This document shows positions 44,672 through 45,793 of a stretch of DNA of 45,793 nt, piece after piece (the stretch's first letter is position 1; each line of letters opens with the position of its first letter). The position numbers were made by a program, and so were the translations under genes. Source of the stretch: a virus (Duplodnaviria; Heunggongvirae; Uroviricota; Caudoviricetes); the IMG/VR virus record IMGVR_UViG_3300032287_000839, positions 1 to 45,793 of that record; one strand, given 5' to 3'. The notes beneath the pieces were generated by a model. That model did no database searches, was not told the DNA's origin, and saw only the letters and a program-made list of their open reading frames with translations.

Positions 44672-45793
44672 TTAGAGATTCACCTTACTACCCACCACAG
44701 CAAACATTAAAACAGGTATGCTTGGGTTAGTGCTTACACTAGTCTTAAGTCCTGTGTTAAACTTAAATCTTTTGGTGATTGAGTAGTCTATATTGAAGCC
44801 TGTAAGGAACATCATATCTTCACTTACTGTAAAGGTTTTATCCTTTGTTCCATAAGTTACAGGGCTCCCAGAGATATATAGGTCAGGAGATATAGTCAAT
44901 CTTCTATTAATGCTAAACGGTTTAGTGTAAAACATTAATAATGAATGAGTTGTAGTGTATTGTTTTTCGTTAGCACCATAGCTTGCAGAGGCTACACTGA
45001 TTGTAGCATTAGCACCTGCAACACCCCATTTCCCCATAGGGAATATCTTAGCGTATGTTACAAACCCAAACAAATTACCAAAGGCATATGCTATTGTGCC
45101 ACCATAATTAGTTATGTTGTCAAGTTTTCCTTGATCATTCATATTCATCACTGTGTATCTTCCTGATAGAGCAAACTGTTTTAAGTTGCTCCACACCATA
45201 CCAGTTACTCCCCAGCTCACATCACCTGCCATAGATGTTTGTGATATACCTGAGGTAGCTATAAGTTGTATTGAGTTGTCTAATGTTTGTCCTCCTGTAA
45301 GATCAGAGTTGAATAGTATAGGGTTCATCTTAGCTTGAGACTTACCTCCACCTTTACCACCTGACTTACCCCCTCCCCCCTTGCTCTCAGATTTAGATTC
45401 TGATTTTGATTCTCCTGATGAGCTAGAAGATTCTGATCCACCACCACCATCACCTCCTGAAGCTACAGCACTTGAGGCTGCAGAGGATGCAGCAGAACCA
45501 GCTGCTGAACTAACAGCACTTCCTACAGCTGATGAGACAGCAGTTGCTGTAACAAGTGTAGTAGTTTGTGTTGTTTGAGCCACTGAGCACGGAGATAATG
45601 CTTGCTGTTCTTTGTAAACTTGATTGATCCAGGTTTGGAAAGCCCCACTATAAACATCACTAGCTGTAAAAGCTTTAGATTTATTATAAAAAACAATAAC
45701 GGTAGAGCCAGTAAGAGGTATAGAAAAAGTGCTCGTAACTTTAGTACAAGGGTCTGTAAAGGTTTGTATAAGAGTTTGAGAATACGCATATAC
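44672..45793 (-). CDS. Putative outer-membrane beta-barrel protein with a Ser/Gly/Ala linker (5' end outside the window)
   Basis: Frame open to base 45793 (VYAYSQTLIQTFTDPC...); alternating amphipathic strands ending VVGSKVNL. Confidence 0.6.
   Translation of the reverse strand, partial: VYAYSQTLIQTFTDPCTKVTSTFSIPLTGSTVIVFYNKSKAFTASDVYSGAFQTWINQVYKEQQALSPCSVAQTTQTTTLVTATAVSSAVGSAVSSAAGSAASSAASSAVASGGDGGGGSESSSSSGESKSESKSESKGGGGKSGGKGGGKSQAKMNPILFNSDLTGGQTLDNSIQLIATSGISQTSMAGDVSWGVTGMVWSNLKQFALSGRYTVMNMNDQGKLDNITNYGGTIAYAFGNLFGFVTYAKIFPMGKWGVAGANATISVASASYGANEKQYTTTHSLLMFYTKPFSINRRLTISPDLYISGSPVTYGTKDKTFTVSEDMMFLTGFNIDYSITKRFKFNTGLKTSVSTNPSIPVLMFAVVGSKVNL

Larger units (their letters stand above)
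1..45793. mobile_element. Tailed phage genome segment, crAss-like, probable Bacteroidetes host
   Basis: Terminase, PolB, primase, helicases, SSB, rIIA/B, RNR, homing endonucleases and a collagen-like fibre; tightly packed overlapping ORFs; Bacteroidetes-type TAnnTTTG promoters; no host housekeeping operons. Confidence 0.93.

Noticed and set aside
45523-45789. Track ORF of 88 aa on the minus strand
   Set aside because: A different frame is open from the window edge through 44672 and gives a coherent protein; this ORF is its out-of-frame shadow.

Overview
The whole 45.8 kb window is an AT-rich tailed-phage genome segment, most likely crAss-like (Crassvirales-related) and infecting a Bacteroidetes/Flavobacteriia host. 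The host inference rests on TTG/TTTG-N19-20-TAnnTTTG promoters and A-rich, Shine-Dalgarno-free gene starts. There are three blocks. (1) 1-2416, minus strand: small genes, including an HU-like protein, leading into a truncated terminase large subunit. (2) 2871-34383, plus strand: small early ORFs, then a replication, recombination and nucleotide-metabolism block (PolB, thioredoxin, DnaB-like and SF2 helicases, AAA ATPase, SSB, primase, DUF932-like, UNG-like, rIIA/rIIB, nucleases, class II RNR, RecA, dUTPase, GroES), ending in two glycosyltransferases and a methyltransferase. (3) 34417-45793, minus strand: Lys-rich MAT(I/V)KK proteins with KxGG motifs, a ferritin-like protein, a Nal1-like serine protease, four Thr/Ser-stalk proteins around a putative protein O-glycosyltransferase, a collagen-like fibre and a beta-barrel-like protein. 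Highlights: a perfect chromosomal-type parS palindrome next to G-quadruplex-like repeats in the early non-coding region; a candidate virion O-glycosylation system (HPAT/SERGT-like transferase among mucin-like proteins); and a frameshifted endonuclease VII gene whose promoter sits in a hairpin loop. No tRNA, rRNA, CRISPR array or integrase was recognised. All family calls are by motif recognition only; no database searches were run.
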